A DNA stretch of 64,000 nt from a virus, in IMG/VR virus record IMGVR_UViG_3300032047_000003, positions 47,568 to 111,567 of that record; one strand, written 5' to 3'. This document shows positions 20,327-30,724 of this stretch, piece by piece. Position numbers and translations under genes: made by a program. Under the pieces are notes generated by a model. The model was given only the letters and a program-made list of their open reading frames with translations. It did no database searches and was not told the DNA's origin. Every line of letters begins with the position of its first letter. Position 1 is the first letter of the stretch.

Positions 20327-23300
20327 TTAATCTCCAAAAAACTTTCGTCGAATATAATTTTCACTTACAGGACCCCTTGTATCATTTATAGTAAAATGAC
20401 TTTGTCCTCCCATTGCTCCCACAATGTAAGATAGCTCTGATACTGATCTCATATTATGAGCCATTCCTCTCATTTGAAAACCACCTGGACTGTCTGCTAA
20501 AACTTGACCTATATTTATCTGCCTATTCATTATATCATTTTCTATCGAATTCTGCATATTTTGAACTGCTTCTTGACTCGGTCCCGCCTCAAAAGCGTTA
20601 CCTTCTCTGATAGCGGCTTTTAATTCTGGCGAAACCATTTCGCCTTCCATTGATAAAGGCACAGGGTCGTAACCACCATAACCCAAACCCGATCCAAGGG
20701 CCATAGTTGCAGCTAAACCAACCCCAAGACTTCCAATCCTTCCTCTGGAGCCAATTTCTACAGCATTCGTCCTCATAAGAGTACCAATAGTCCTCATCGC
20801 CTCTTCAAGGTCACTCATTGTGGTCTGCTCTATATTAGAACCCATTAGTTGCCCTTGAACATTGTTCCTTAGAAGCCCTTGAAACATTTCGTGATAAGCA
20901 CCGAGTTCTTGCTTGGAAGCAATACTTAAACGTCTTTCTGTTTTTGCATGCAAATAACCTGCTTCGCTTACATGAGGAAGCAAGCTTCTTAGATAAGGCA
21001 TTACATAGCTAAGAGCGTCTTCTGCAGAATTGGTTCCTCCCGGAGCAAACAGATTTATAACTTTTTGACCTTCCAGACTGTCCGCTAGTACGTCCACCCC
21101 ACCTCCCACTACATTTGTCTTACCAAATGTAACATCGAGATCTACTTCTCTAAAAAGATAGTCTTTAAAAAGTTTTTCGACAGTATCAAAAGCACTAACG
21201 TCTCCTTGTATTGCTGCATTAATATTTCTCGATATTGCTTCAGCCAAAGGTATATCAGTTGGAAGTTTTTTGGCTTTAATAACTGCGACTTCTTGTATTG
21301 CGGACAACAAGTTCAAAGCATCAGATGCAACCTTTCTTGTTGATTCATCAGCAGTATTAACGATTCCCAATCTTAAAGCGTCAAAACTAACATCAATTGG
21401 CCCTACGTTTTTACCCAGCTGCTCCTGTCTTGCCTTTACAGCGATTTCTTCAATAAGACTTCTATCAACATCCCCAATGGATCTTCTGAGATTGTCAATA
21501 CCTTCTCCTGCCATACTAAACAAAACCCTTGTTTTAGCTCTATAAAGAAGTTTTTGTTTTGCTATGTTTTCTAAATTAGCCTTACCCTTCTTCCCTAAAA
21601 GGTTTATTTCTTTTTCTCCTAGATTGCTTCTAGTAGGAAATAAAAGCTGGTAAATGTCCCCGTCAAAGTCACCTATCATACCACCCGCTAAAGATAAGTC
21701 CATTCTTTCCATCTTGCCACCATAGTGAACATCTACCATAAACTGAGGAATACTAATACGCCCACCGCCCACTCCAGGAGAAATTTCACCCATATGATTT
21801 CTCATTGCATCGAAAAAACTTCTTAGAACTTTATGCCTTTCCCCTTTGACTGTAACTCGATTTTTAATCTTTGTCATTCCCGCTTGGAGTTCTTGGTCGT
21901 AGTTGCCGCTAGCAATCGCTTGATCAATTCTTGTATTCTTTCCCTTGATATCGTCAATGCTTTGCTGTAGCTCAGCCATACTTTCTGGATCTGACATACT
22001 CAACAAGCTTTCTTCCATGCTTTCGATTTTTAACAAATTCCTTCCTTTCATATAATCCAGCACATGTTGATCACTAGGTGTTTGTATATTTTTCGGTCCT
22101 TGCTTTACAAAAGTCAGCAAATCTTTAAAACCTTTAACTTCATTACCTGTTAAATTATAAAAGTCCTGCGCAGCCCTTTTGCCGCCTTTAGTTTCAAGAA
22201 GCTTTTCAAAAATATTATCCTTCCCGCGCAATTCAGAAAGTTCTCTAAACGCTCCAACGAACTCTACGTGGGCGCTCCCCATCACGGGATGTCTCGATGC
22301 AATAGCAATATTTGCCAAACTTGGGCTAGATTGATCATATGAGCTTAGAAAGAAGTATTGAAGGGCATCTCTTGTTGCCCTTTTGCTATCTACCCTAGCT
22401 TTTTTAACTGCTTGCTTTGGATCAACTCCTTTTGATACTGCATTTTGCATTACATATTGAGCATTTACTCCAGATGAAAAACTAGACATTGCATTCAAAA
22501 AAGAAGTACTGTCTTGAAAAACAGCATGACCGAATGTTACTCTTTGAATTTTTCTCATTAAATATTTTTCTTCATTCGTATAATTGGTAGACCCTAAAGA
22601 CTTAGACAGATAACCTTTCATTTCGTCTTTACCGATAACAACATTGTTTAAAATATTCATCCCCTTTCTTTTTGCTGCATCTCTTTCCTTTTGACTTATT
22701 CGAGTGTTCTTGCTTTCCCTCATGGTAGAAACGTAAGTATCGTACGTTTGTTTATCTAAAGAAGAAGCAAAATCTGAAAATATGTCTACTCGTTTTTGAA
22801 GACCAACAGATTGGTTCATCCTGTAGTTGCCGCTTTTTGTTTTTTCGAAAACGTTTCCAGTTATTTCTATTTCTCCGCTTTCCCTGCCTATCTTCAAACC
22901 TAAAAACTCATCATGAAACCTACCAGTGTCTACAGTTCCACCTAACCCAAAAGTAGATCCAGACATTTTACCTCTTAAAGTCTTTCTAAAAGAGATACCA
23001 AAAAATTCACTCATTGAATCTTTAAAATCGTCCAGCCCTCTAAGGGCCATGCCTATCGCTTCAGTATTGCTTTGTGCTTTAGAAACTTCAACTAAACTTC
23101 TACTAAACCTACTTAGCGTTTTGATATAATCTGCGTCTATTTCTCTAAAAGCATCATCAGTAGGAATCAAAGTTCTTTCTCGTTCAAGAAGCTCCAAGAA
23201 GTTATCTCCACCTGGAAGATATATCTGTGAAGGAAAACCAGAAGAAGCCATTCTGTTTGTCAGCGTTTTGTCTCCTGACAAGTCTAATAAAAAACCACCT

Positions 23301-26300
23301 TTTTGTTTTGAAAGAAAACTTCTAATTTCTTTTTCTGATGAATTCTGAACAAACTCATCCACTGAAACTCTTGGAACGTCTTCTTCAAATAAACTTCTGC
23401 TTGCAAAAGACTCCATCGTCTTTGAATATTCCCTTGCCATTGCAATATCTTCACCAGTATTTTTCTTTCTCGAAAGAATAGAAAACATAAAGTTGGAAAC
23501 TTTTTCTTTGCTAACGCCCATTTCCTGAGTTAATTTATGAGACAAAAAATTATATAAACGCGGCTCAATTGATCCCATATTCTGTCCCAAGCTAGAACTT
23601 TGAGGACCGATTTCCAAATTAGTCAAACCTAATGCGACACCTTTCGAAACTTGTTTTTTTAATTTTTCTATGTACTTTTCGTAAGAACTGTTTTGGTCAA
23701 CTGGAAGGCCCATTTCTCTATGTGTGTCTCTTACTAAATTTTCAAAATCGCTTCCAGATACGCCTTCAACCGAATCGCCAAACATGCTTTTTGCAAAATA
23801 ACCAAAAGTCAATCCCTGCTTTTCTATTGCTGTATCGCTAATGTCGGTACCATATTTTTTAACTGCTAATTTTATTGCATTTTTTACCAAAGTATTATTT
23901 TGCTGAGATACGCTAAGATCGTTAAAAGCTTCTAGCGACATACCCCCTCTTTTGGTATCTGTCACTAAGCTTTCCAACTCTCTGCTAAAATCACTTTTAG
24001 CCACTCCCATTAAGATATCCAACGAGCTGCCAATTTGCTCTGCTAAGTTCATTGATGCTTTTTTCAACATAGCCGCATCAGTTGTAAAAACGCCGCTAAC
24101 ATTATTATTGGCTGAACCAACTCTTCCAATAATTGTATCGGTCAAACTAGAGCTTATTCCAGCTCTTTGTGTCAAAGTAGACCTCATGGTCTTTTCATTT
24201 GTTTTTTCAATTGTACCCTTGAACATAGTAGAAAAGATCTTCATAAAAGGATTATCTGTATCTCTGAAACCAGTAATCGAATACTTCCTAAGACCTCTTC
24301 CTTGACTGTCCAGTTCTTCCGTCAAGCCAAACTCTAAACCTTCAAGACCCGCATATCGCGGCAAGTATTGACGCCTTCCATCAATCATTCCAAGGTACAA
24401 TCCAAAATTATCTTCCTTTGCTCCAAACAATCTAAAGAAATCAGTTATATCAGAATATATTAACTGGTTGGATTCAATTCTAACTTTACCTTCTAGACCT
24501 TTTTTAGTAATTAAATCGCTAACCACCTTGGAAGTTTTTTGAGTTTCTCCTCCCTTCACAACGCTTCCAAAAAAATCTGTAACAAATTCGCCCTGAGCAT
24601 TTGTTCTCGTTCCAATATTGATATTTCGAATGCTTTCATCCCCCGTAGCAACTCTATGCTTTAGCTCTTCAAAAAGCACATTAGAGGCTCCCCCAAATTG
24701 TTGTGGATCGTAAACAGGTTTATTTATAGCTTTAGTAACTACTGTTTCTCCAAAATAATTTGCGGTACCTTCTCCTATTCCAAAAATATTTCTTCCCAAA
24801 TTAAAAACATCTTTATCTCCTTTTCTTGACCCAGCTAAGACGTCCATAACAGCAATGCCCTTTGGTCTTCGCATTTCTACGCCTCCTTCATAAAGATTGA
24901 TTGGCGGCGATTGATTTCCGGGATGCATATTGTATCCAGCCCTACGTTTGCCTCCTCCCTGTCTTAAAAACTCTTCTCTATTGTACATCTGCCTAAATCT
25001 TGCAGTAATCGGCTGAGTTGCTCTATTGGTTAAAAGCCCTCCAAACTGCCTTTGAGCAGTTTCTATAACTCCGTCAGCAAAATTGCCCCCATACATCTGT
25101 TGCAAGAAAGCGCTACGCAATCCAATATCTCCCATGCTTTGATTAAAATTACCAGAAGTAAATGGATTTGCTGAAAAGCCAAATAGATCCATTACTTGAG
25201 AAAGCATAGGTCTGAGATCCTTTTGATCTGCAGGCCCCAATCCTAAAGGGTTTATTATCTTCAAGCTATGTCCAGTTTGCCTATACTTTTGCTCTAGAAA
25301 CATGGAGGTAGTTTCAGAGCCCGTAGAGCCTGTCCGAGCGCCAAACCTATCGATAAACTCTAAAGATTGCTGCATATTTTGATTTATTAAACTTATATCT
25401 CTAGAAGAAACTTTATCAATTCCACCTCTTTTGTCGACATTCGATATAAACATTTCCGCCAACGCTTGCTCCGGAGTCATAAACTTTCCTTTGGAAATTT
25501 TATCTAAAATCATTTGTTTCCTACCTGCAACGTCTTTTATTTTTGCTACCTCATTTAAATCTGACGCCTTAGCGTAAACTCCAGAACCCGCATACATGGT
25601 ATTCATATTTCCATATCTAACTGGAAAAACTCCCTGACTGCTAAAATTACCCAAGCTCAAAGGTAAACTTTGAAGCTTTCTTCCACCTCTGTGTATTTCT
25701 ACATAAGGCACCACTCCCGTTGTACTGCCTACTCTTTCCGTTCTAGTGTTAAATTGAAACGAGACTCCCGATCCAGAAAAAGCACTTTCTAAAGCTTGAA
25801 AAACTTTTGTGTTTTTGTATTTATTTATTAAGCCACTGCCTGATTCTATTGAATTCAATCCAGGTTGTATTCCCGAAAGGTTAACCTTTTGAGGTTGAAC
25901 TAAAAGATCTGAAACGGGATGAAAAGGACTACTAGCGTATCCTGAAATTTTACTAATCCTATTGCTTCCAGAGGTTTCCGATTCAACAATTTCGTTAATT
26001 ATTTCTTTTAAAGAATCAGAGTTTTGAGTTAAATTTAATTCTCCTTGAAAAGACTGTTGAATTAAGTCTTCGACTACTTTCATCATAGTTCCAGTGCTAT
26101 CTGAAATATTTGGATCTGCTAATACGGTTTTTAAATTAGCCAAAAAAGCAGTTTGTTCTTCCGCTTGCCTGACTGCTAATTTTCCTAAAAACTCATCAAC
26201 ATTTTTGAATCTTTTAATCGCGTTTTCTTTTGCAGCGGCTTTCACTTGAGACCTGACCATCTGATACCGGTCGAAAGACTCACCTACTTTCGAATGCACA

Positions 26301-26491
26301 TCTCCCATCTGATTAGTAGGTAGATTTGCTAAAAAATTAGGATTATTAGACTTCATAGATTGAACGCTTTGATAGGACGCAAATCCTAATGGTCCTAAAC
26401 CAAAAGCAGTATTAAGTAAAGCATTTCCTTTTGCTTTTAAATCATCAACAGTGTCTGAATCTTTATTAAAAAACGGTAATTTAAAAGCCAT
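20327..26491 (-). CDS. Putative single-chain two-barrel (DPBB) virion RNA polymerase, ~2054 aa
   Basis: GDFDGD at 21656-21673, SRHP at 22286-22297, FRKTLRGK at 22967-22990 and KIFSTMFKG at 24215-24241, in the order expected for fused beta then beta-prime modules. Start moved to ATG 26491 behind GAGGTG. Confidence 0.7.
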   Translation of the reverse strand: MAFKLPFFNKDSDTVDDLKAKGNALLNTAFGLGPLGFASYQSVQSMKSNNPNFLANLPTNQMGDVHSKVGESFDRYQMVRSQVKAAAKENAIKRFKNVDEFLGKLAVRQAEEQTAFLANLKTVLADPNISDSTGTMMKVVEDLIQQSFQGELNLTQNSDSLKEIINEIVESETSGSNRISKISGYASSPFHPVSDLLVQPQKVNLSGIQPGLNSIESGSGLINKYKNTKVFQALESAFSGSGVSFQFNTRTERVGSTTGVVPYVEIHRGGRKLQSLPLSLGNFSSQGVFPVRYGNMNTMYAGSGVYAKASDLNEVAKIKDVAGRKQMILDKISKGKFMTPEQALAEMFISNVDKRGGIDKVSSRDISLINQNMQQSLEFIDRFGARTGSTGSETTSMFLEQKYRQTGHSLKIINPLGLGPADQKDLRPMLSQVMDLFGFSANPFTSGNFNQSMGDIGLRSAFLQQMYGGNFADGVIETAQRQFGGLLTNRATQPITARFRQMYNREEFLRQGGGKRRAGYNMHPGNQSPPINLYEGGVEMRRPKGIAVMDVLAGSRKGDKDVFNLGRNIFGIGEGTANYFGETVVTKAINKPVYDPQQFGGASNVLFEELKHRVATGDESIRNINIGTRTNAQGEFVTDFFGSVVKGGETQKTSKVVSDLITKKGLEGKVRIESNQLIYSDITDFFRLFGAKEDNFGLYLGMIDGRRQYLPRYAGLEGLEFGLTEELDSQGRGLRKYSITGFRDTDNPFMKIFSTMFKGTIEKTNEKTMRSTLTQRAGISSSLTDTIIGRVGSANNNVSGVFTTDAAMLKKASMNLAEQIGSSLDILMGVAKSDFSRELESLVTDTKRGGMSLEAFNDLSVSQQNNTLVKNAIKLAVKKYGTDISDTAIEKQGLTFGYFAKSMFGDSVEGVSGSDFENLVRDTHREMGLPVDQNSSYEKYIEKLKKQVSKGVALGLTNLEIGPQSSSLGQNMGSIEPRLYNFLSHKLTQEMGVSKEKVSNFMFSILSRKKNTGEDIAMAREYSKTMESFASRSLFEEDVPRVSVDEFVQNSSEKEIRSFLSKQKGGFLLDLSGDKTLTNRMASSGFPSQIYLPGGDNFLELLERERTLIPTDDAFREIDADYIKTLSRFSRSLVEVSKAQSNTEAIGMALRGLDDFKDSMSEFFGISFRKTLRGKMSGSTFGLGGTVDTGRFHDEFLGLKIGRESGEIEITGNVFEKTKSGNYRMNQSVGLQKRVDIFSDFASSLDKQTYDTYVSTMRESKNTRISQKERDAAKRKGMNILNNVVIGKDEMKGYLSKSLGSTNYTNEEKYLMRKIQRVTFGHAVFQDSTSFLNAMSSFSSGVNAQYVMQNAVSKGVDPKQAVKKARVDSKRATRDALQYFFLSSYDQSSPSLANIAIASRHPVMGSAHVEFVGAFRELSELRGKDNIFEKLLETKGGKRAAQDFYNLTGNEVKGFKDLLTFVKQGPKNIQTPSDQHVLDYMKGRNLLKIESMEESLLSMSDPESMAELQQSIDDIKGKNTRIDQAIASGNYDQELQAGMTKIKNRVTVKGERHKVLRSFFDAMRNHMGEISPGVGGGRISIPQFMVDVHYGGKMERMDLSLAGGMIGDFDGDIYQLLFPTRSNLGEKEINLLGKKGKANLENIAKQKLLYRAKTRVLFSMAGEGIDNLRRSIGDVDRSLIEEIAVKARQEQLGKNVGPIDVSFDALRLGIVNTADESTRKVASDALNLLSAIQEVAVIKAKKLPTDIPLAEAISRNINAAIQGDVSAFDTVEKLFKDYLFREVDLDVTFGKTNVVGGGVDVLADSLEGQKVINLFAPGGTNSAEDALSYVMPYLRSLLPHVSEAGYLHAKTERRLSIASKQELGAYHEMFQGLLRNNVQGQLMGSNIEQTTMSDLEEAMRTIGTLMRTNAVEIGSRGRIGSLGVGLAATMALGSGLGYGGYDPVPLSMEGEMVSPELKAAIREGNAFEAGPSQEAVQNMQNSIENDIMNRQINIGQVLADSPGGFQMRGMAHNMRSVSELSYIVGAMGGQSHFTINDTRGPVSENYIRRKFFGD

Positions 26492-29400
26492 ATTCACCTC
26501 TAATGTATTGCTCTATAATAGCACTTCTGTCATCATTCATGTAGAAAACTCCAGAAGTATTTGTTCCAAATCTATTTACATTCATTTGCCCTGTAAAAGG
26601 AACGTTGTCCAATTCAGATCTACCTGCAGTTCTTAAAACAGAACCTAAGTTTAAGCCTCTTCCCATTTCTTCTACAATTGGGTTTTCTACGCCTTCCAAA
26701 TAGGGCATTCGGGCCTGAAGCCTTAATCTTTGATTATACATGTCTAAGTCTCCTAAATCGATTCCAGTTCTATCTGCATATCTTATCTTTACGTCATCCA
26801 TTTCTACATCTTCGTGCCATCCCACCCAGTCTGTGCCTGGCATAGGTTTTTCGTAAAAATATTCTTCCAAGCTGGCCAACTTCATTTTTAAATACCTTTC
26901 ATCAATTTGATTTTTATAGCCTGGGTTTAAAGTTGGATCGCCAGCATCCAATCTACTCCAAAGACCTATGTAAAGGTCCCTGTTGTCTTCCGGAACCATT
27001 TCAAGAATTCTCTCTCTATCTTTTTCTGAAGCCATAGAAAAAGCATCAAAAAAAGCTTTTTCTCCTTCTGGCAATGCTTCGTAAATAGCCATAGCATGAG
27101 CCTGAGGATTAACCCCAAAAGTAGTCTTAGAAGCCCTGTAAAGAGCCTGCCTTTTTAAATTACTATCTCCCATTGCTTCAGCTCTATCTGCAATTTTCAT
27201 CTGTTGAATGAACTGCAATTTGTCAAAATATTCATTAGTTTCATTTGCTTTTCTTCTAAAACCTGGGACGTCGCTATAGCCCATTATATGAGCAGCAGAA
27301 TAGAAGGAAGGTCTAAACCAATCACGAATAGGCTTATCCCAAAAAGAATTAACCGTACCATAAAGTCTTTCTTGCTCATAAGACTCTATAGCAGAAATCC
27401 CCATGTAAGAAGGATCTGTTAATAGCTTTTGCGAAGGTCTAAATCCCATTGGAACCAAATATTCTGCAGGGGCTAGCCCTGTTTTTAAAACACTCCTAGC
27501 AGTTCTACCTATAGCCCTTGTTGTATCGCCCAGAAAGGGGATGTCATATGCATCTGGATCCATTTCCCTAATACTTTTGTCAGACATTTTTTCATTAAGC
27601 ATTTTGTCCGTTTTATCCATGTAGGATTCAACAGCTCTATTCATTTTGCCCGAAGCTCTTTGCTTGTACATGTTTTCTCTAAGCATAATAAACTCTCTAG
27701 AGTGAGGAGCTATATCTGCTAGAATGGAATATTTAAAAATATCTGGGTAGTTTTCAGGACTTATGTTTTTTAATTCAGGATGAATAGCAGCATAACCTGC
27801 TCCAGGAAGTCTTACCTCGCCATACTTTACATTTCTATATGGATCTCCATATTTAAACCTATCAGGCATCCAAGTAGGCATTGAATTGACAATTGGATTA
27901 TAGTGTTGAATCATAGACCTTTCTCTTGGCAGAAAACGTCTAATCGGTTCAGTAGTAAAGAACCCGCCGCCTAGTTCTTTTTTCCAAAAGTCTTCTTTTG
28001 CCGAAAACATTTTACCCGCACTTTCTAAAACAGGTCTTTGTATTCCAAAAGTTTCTTCTCCCGTAAGAGCTTTTGTATACATGTTTTTAGCCCAACCGGT
28101 AAGACCTTCAAGCTCTCTAAACTGATACTGCAATTCTCCCGCTACAAAACTGCTGGAAAACGGAGACATTGGCTTGCCAGGGCTAATACCCCCCAGCTTT
28201 CCGCTAGGCCCTTTGTATTCGTTTCTGTGAGCAAACTCAACGTCTCCTTGTTCGTTAACCCTCATAAACTCATTTACATGCATCAACTTTGGAGGTTTAA
28301 TTAAACGGCCTACCGTGGCTGACAAAAGCTTTCCAATTACCGGCACATTTTCAAAAGCTCCCCCAGTTATAGGATAGGGCCTGTCGTAGTAGTTTTCTCT
28401 TTCCAGTTGATAAGTAAAGTTTTCTAACAAAAAGTTGTGTATCGGAGATCGATTGACTTTATACCTTGCTTTATCTGTCGCCTGAGACATGTAAGCTACA
28501 TAGTCATGTGGTCTGAAATACGAAACACCCTTACCTTCATAAGAACTTCCGCCGCCCTCCCACCAGCGCCCTTTTCTCACCTCTACTAGTTGCCTTCCAG
28601 AGTATATTTCATTAAGCTCTGTAGGACCCTTCATAGACCCAAGAAGGCCACCAGTTACAAACTGTTGAGCTAGCAGACCTCCAAGAAATAAACTTCCGTA
28701 TCTGCCAAATTTAGTTTTATAGTTTAATTTCTTCGCAGCCTCAGTAAAGCCTTCACCTTCTTTTGTTGCTCCAAAAAACGAATGTATTATAGAAGCGTTA
28801 GCAGTTTCAATTTTCTTTCTAATCCCGCCAAACATTGAAGTGTCATCTATATACCTTGCGTCAATTTCTTCAAGCTTTCTTAAAAAAGACTGATTCATCG
28901 GATTGTTTAACCCTGATTCCATTTCTTTTTTAACTGCAAGTCCTTGCTCGAATCTTAACGACAGCTCTTCTTGAATCGCTGCAAGTCCTTTTTCACCGAA
29001 TTCCCTTTTGCTGACGTCCATAAGTAACGAAGACAATTTCATTCTTGAGAAATTAGATTCAGATTCCAATAACTCTCTAAGTAAAATATTTTCGTCAACC
29101 GTCATTGCGTCGATTAACGTTCTAGGCCCTTTAAAAATTCTATCTGCTTTTTCGGTTAAAAACCCTTCGCCCTTTATTCCTGCTTGCGTAAATTCTTTTG
29201 CTACTGGAAACTCTGTAAAAAACATCGATCTTACAGATTGCTTTTGGTAGTATCGTAAACCTCTACTAACTAAAGCATTTTCGTCAAATGCAATTTCAGG
29301 AGAAATGCCTAGTTTTATTTTTTGCGATTCATCTAACTTTTCATATATTCTGCTAGAGATAGGTTTGCCACTGGCTCCACTGGCTAGAGCCAAAGAAAGA

Positions 29401-30719
29401 CCTACAAAAGCCCCCGTCTTCCAATCGGAAACTCCTGGAAGAATGCCTTCCATAGTCCTCCTGTAAGAATTCATGAATGTGACTTCTCCTAAAGCTGCGG
29501 TTGCGATATGAGCATTCTTGTACATGGTATAGGCGCCGGCTCCAATTCCTTGATCGAAGCCGGGCAGTATAAGCTGAGCTGCAAAAGCAGCGCCTGCAAA
29601 CATTCTAGTTTTTTTAGGATCTAAAGTTTTAAATAGTTTTTGAGCAGCATGCCCACCCGCCAAAGAAGTCGCAGCGGAAAATACAACATTTCCTAAAAAA
29701 CCAGTTTCACTTCTCCAATAGTCGGCTTCTTTTAAACCTACTCCCAATGCACCGAGCTTAAAGGCTTTAAAGCCAAACCTCATAAACATTTCAGAAGCCC
29801 TTCCAGGCTTAACCGTAAGCCCTAAGCCAAAAGAGCTTTCTAATTTGCTTGAAAGCCTATTAACTACAGGGACTTGCTCTGTAGCAGTTTCAAGAAGTCT
29901 GTTGGTTCTGTCTAAGCCAAAAGCAAAAATACTTCTAAAGAAAGTAAACTTGTCGTTTGACTTCACAGACTTTATCGGAAGGAACATCGATTTGTTTTCT
30001 TTTTTTACGTCATCGATTACTTCTGAATAAGAAAATATCCTTTCAAATGCTCTTCTAGTATTGGTTCCAAAATCATCGGCAAAGCCTTGAGCCAAACCAT
30101 ACGCATAAGCTACCGGATTCGTAACTGGAAGTCGAGAGCCAAATCTTCCGCTCCTACTATCGAAAGAAGTTCGTTGAAGCAAAGACACCTTGTTCGAAAC
30201 AAGACGTCTTTCATCTCCCTGTTCGAAGAACAAAGAACCTTGAGTAGACCCTTTTTCTATCTCATAGGAAAAGCTATATCGACCCTTGCCTATGTCTAAG
30301 AAAGCAGACCCAAACTCTTCTTCAAGAACTTTTAACTCTTTTCCAAATTCTTTTTCAAGAAAAACTCTAGTCTCTTTAGAAGCAGACATTTTTTCATCAA
30401 AAACGTACTTATAGAAACCATCTTTTTCAACTAAATCAAGTCCAGAAGGCGAACTAAATGGAGATAAAAATTCAGCAGGTCTAAAGGTATTAAGTAAAGC
30501 GGCAGGCGAATTATACGCTATTTGGCGACCGTACCTTCTAACGTGATCTAGATAGGTTCCCTCTCCGTATTTTATCTGACTTGAAGCAAATGCCGCTCCG
30601 CCTAGGAGACCAAGACCTCCTAGGTAAAACGCACCTCTTTCGGTAGGGTTTTCGTAAGGTTCATATTGCGAAGCACTGTACAGTAAAGACTCGCTACCAT
30701 ATCCAATTCCAGGCGGCAT
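26481..30719 (-). CDS. Tape-measure-like or internal virion protein
   Basis: 1412 aa directly after the chaperone pair. Gly/Ala-rich hydrophobic segments in the N-terminal half; aromatic-rich C-terminal half (VRKGRWWEGGGSSYEG). Confidence 0.6.
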   Translation of the reverse strand: MPPGIGYGSESLLYSASQYEPYENPTERGAFYLGGLGLLGGAAFASSQIKYGEGTYLDHVRRYGRQIAYNSPAALLNTFRPAEFLSPFSSPSGLDLVEKDGFYKYVFDEKMSASKETRVFLEKEFGKELKVLEEEFGSAFLDIGKGRYSFSYEIEKGSTQGSLFFEQGDERRLVSNKVSLLQRTSFDSRSGRFGSRLPVTNPVAYAYGLAQGFADDFGTNTRRAFERIFSYSEVIDDVKKENKSMFLPIKSVKSNDKFTFFRSIFAFGLDRTNRLLETATEQVPVVNRLSSKLESSFGLGLTVKPGRASEMFMRFGFKAFKLGALGVGLKEADYWRSETGFLGNVVFSAATSLAGGHAAQKLFKTLDPKKTRMFAGAAFAAQLILPGFDQGIGAGAYTMYKNAHIATAALGEVTFMNSYRRTMEGILPGVSDWKTGAFVGLSLALASGASGKPISSRIYEKLDESQKIKLGISPEIAFDENALVSRGLRYYQKQSVRSMFFTEFPVAKEFTQAGIKGEGFLTEKADRIFKGPRTLIDAMTVDENILLRELLESESNFSRMKLSSLLMDVSKREFGEKGLAAIQEELSLRFEQGLAVKKEMESGLNNPMNQSFLRKLEEIDARYIDDTSMFGGIRKKIETANASIIHSFFGATKEGEGFTEAAKKLNYKTKFGRYGSLFLGGLLAQQFVTGGLLGSMKGPTELNEIYSGRQLVEVRKGRWWEGGGSSYEGKGVSYFRPHDYVAYMSQATDKARYKVNRSPIHNFLLENFTYQLERENYYDRPYPITGGAFENVPVIGKLLSATVGRLIKPPKLMHVNEFMRVNEQGDVEFAHRNEYKGPSGKLGGISPGKPMSPFSSSFVAGELQYQFRELEGLTGWAKNMYTKALTGEETFGIQRPVLESAGKMFSAKEDFWKKELGGGFFTTEPIRRFLPRERSMIQHYNPIVNSMPTWMPDRFKYGDPYRNVKYGEVRLPGAGYAAIHPELKNISPENYPDIFKYSILADIAPHSREFIMLRENMYKQRASGKMNRAVESYMDKTDKMLNEKMSDKSIREMDPDAYDIPFLGDTTRAIGRTARSVLKTGLAPAEYLVPMGFRPSQKLLTDPSYMGISAIESYEQERLYGTVNSFWDKPIRDWFRPSFYSAAHIMGYSDVPGFRRKANETNEYFDKLQFIQQMKIADRAEAMGDSNLKRQALYRASKTTFGVNPQAHAMAIYEALPEGEKAFFDAFSMASEKDRERILEMVPEDNRDLYIGLWSRLDAGDPTLNPGYKNQIDERYLKMKLASLEEYFYEKPMPGTDWVGWHEDVEMDDVKIRYADRTGIDLGDLDMYNQRLRLQARMPYLEGVENPIVEEMGRGLNLGSVLRTAGRSELDNVPFTGQMNVNRFGTNTSGVFYMNDDRSAIIEQYIRGEYGF

Positions 30720-30724
30720 AATAC

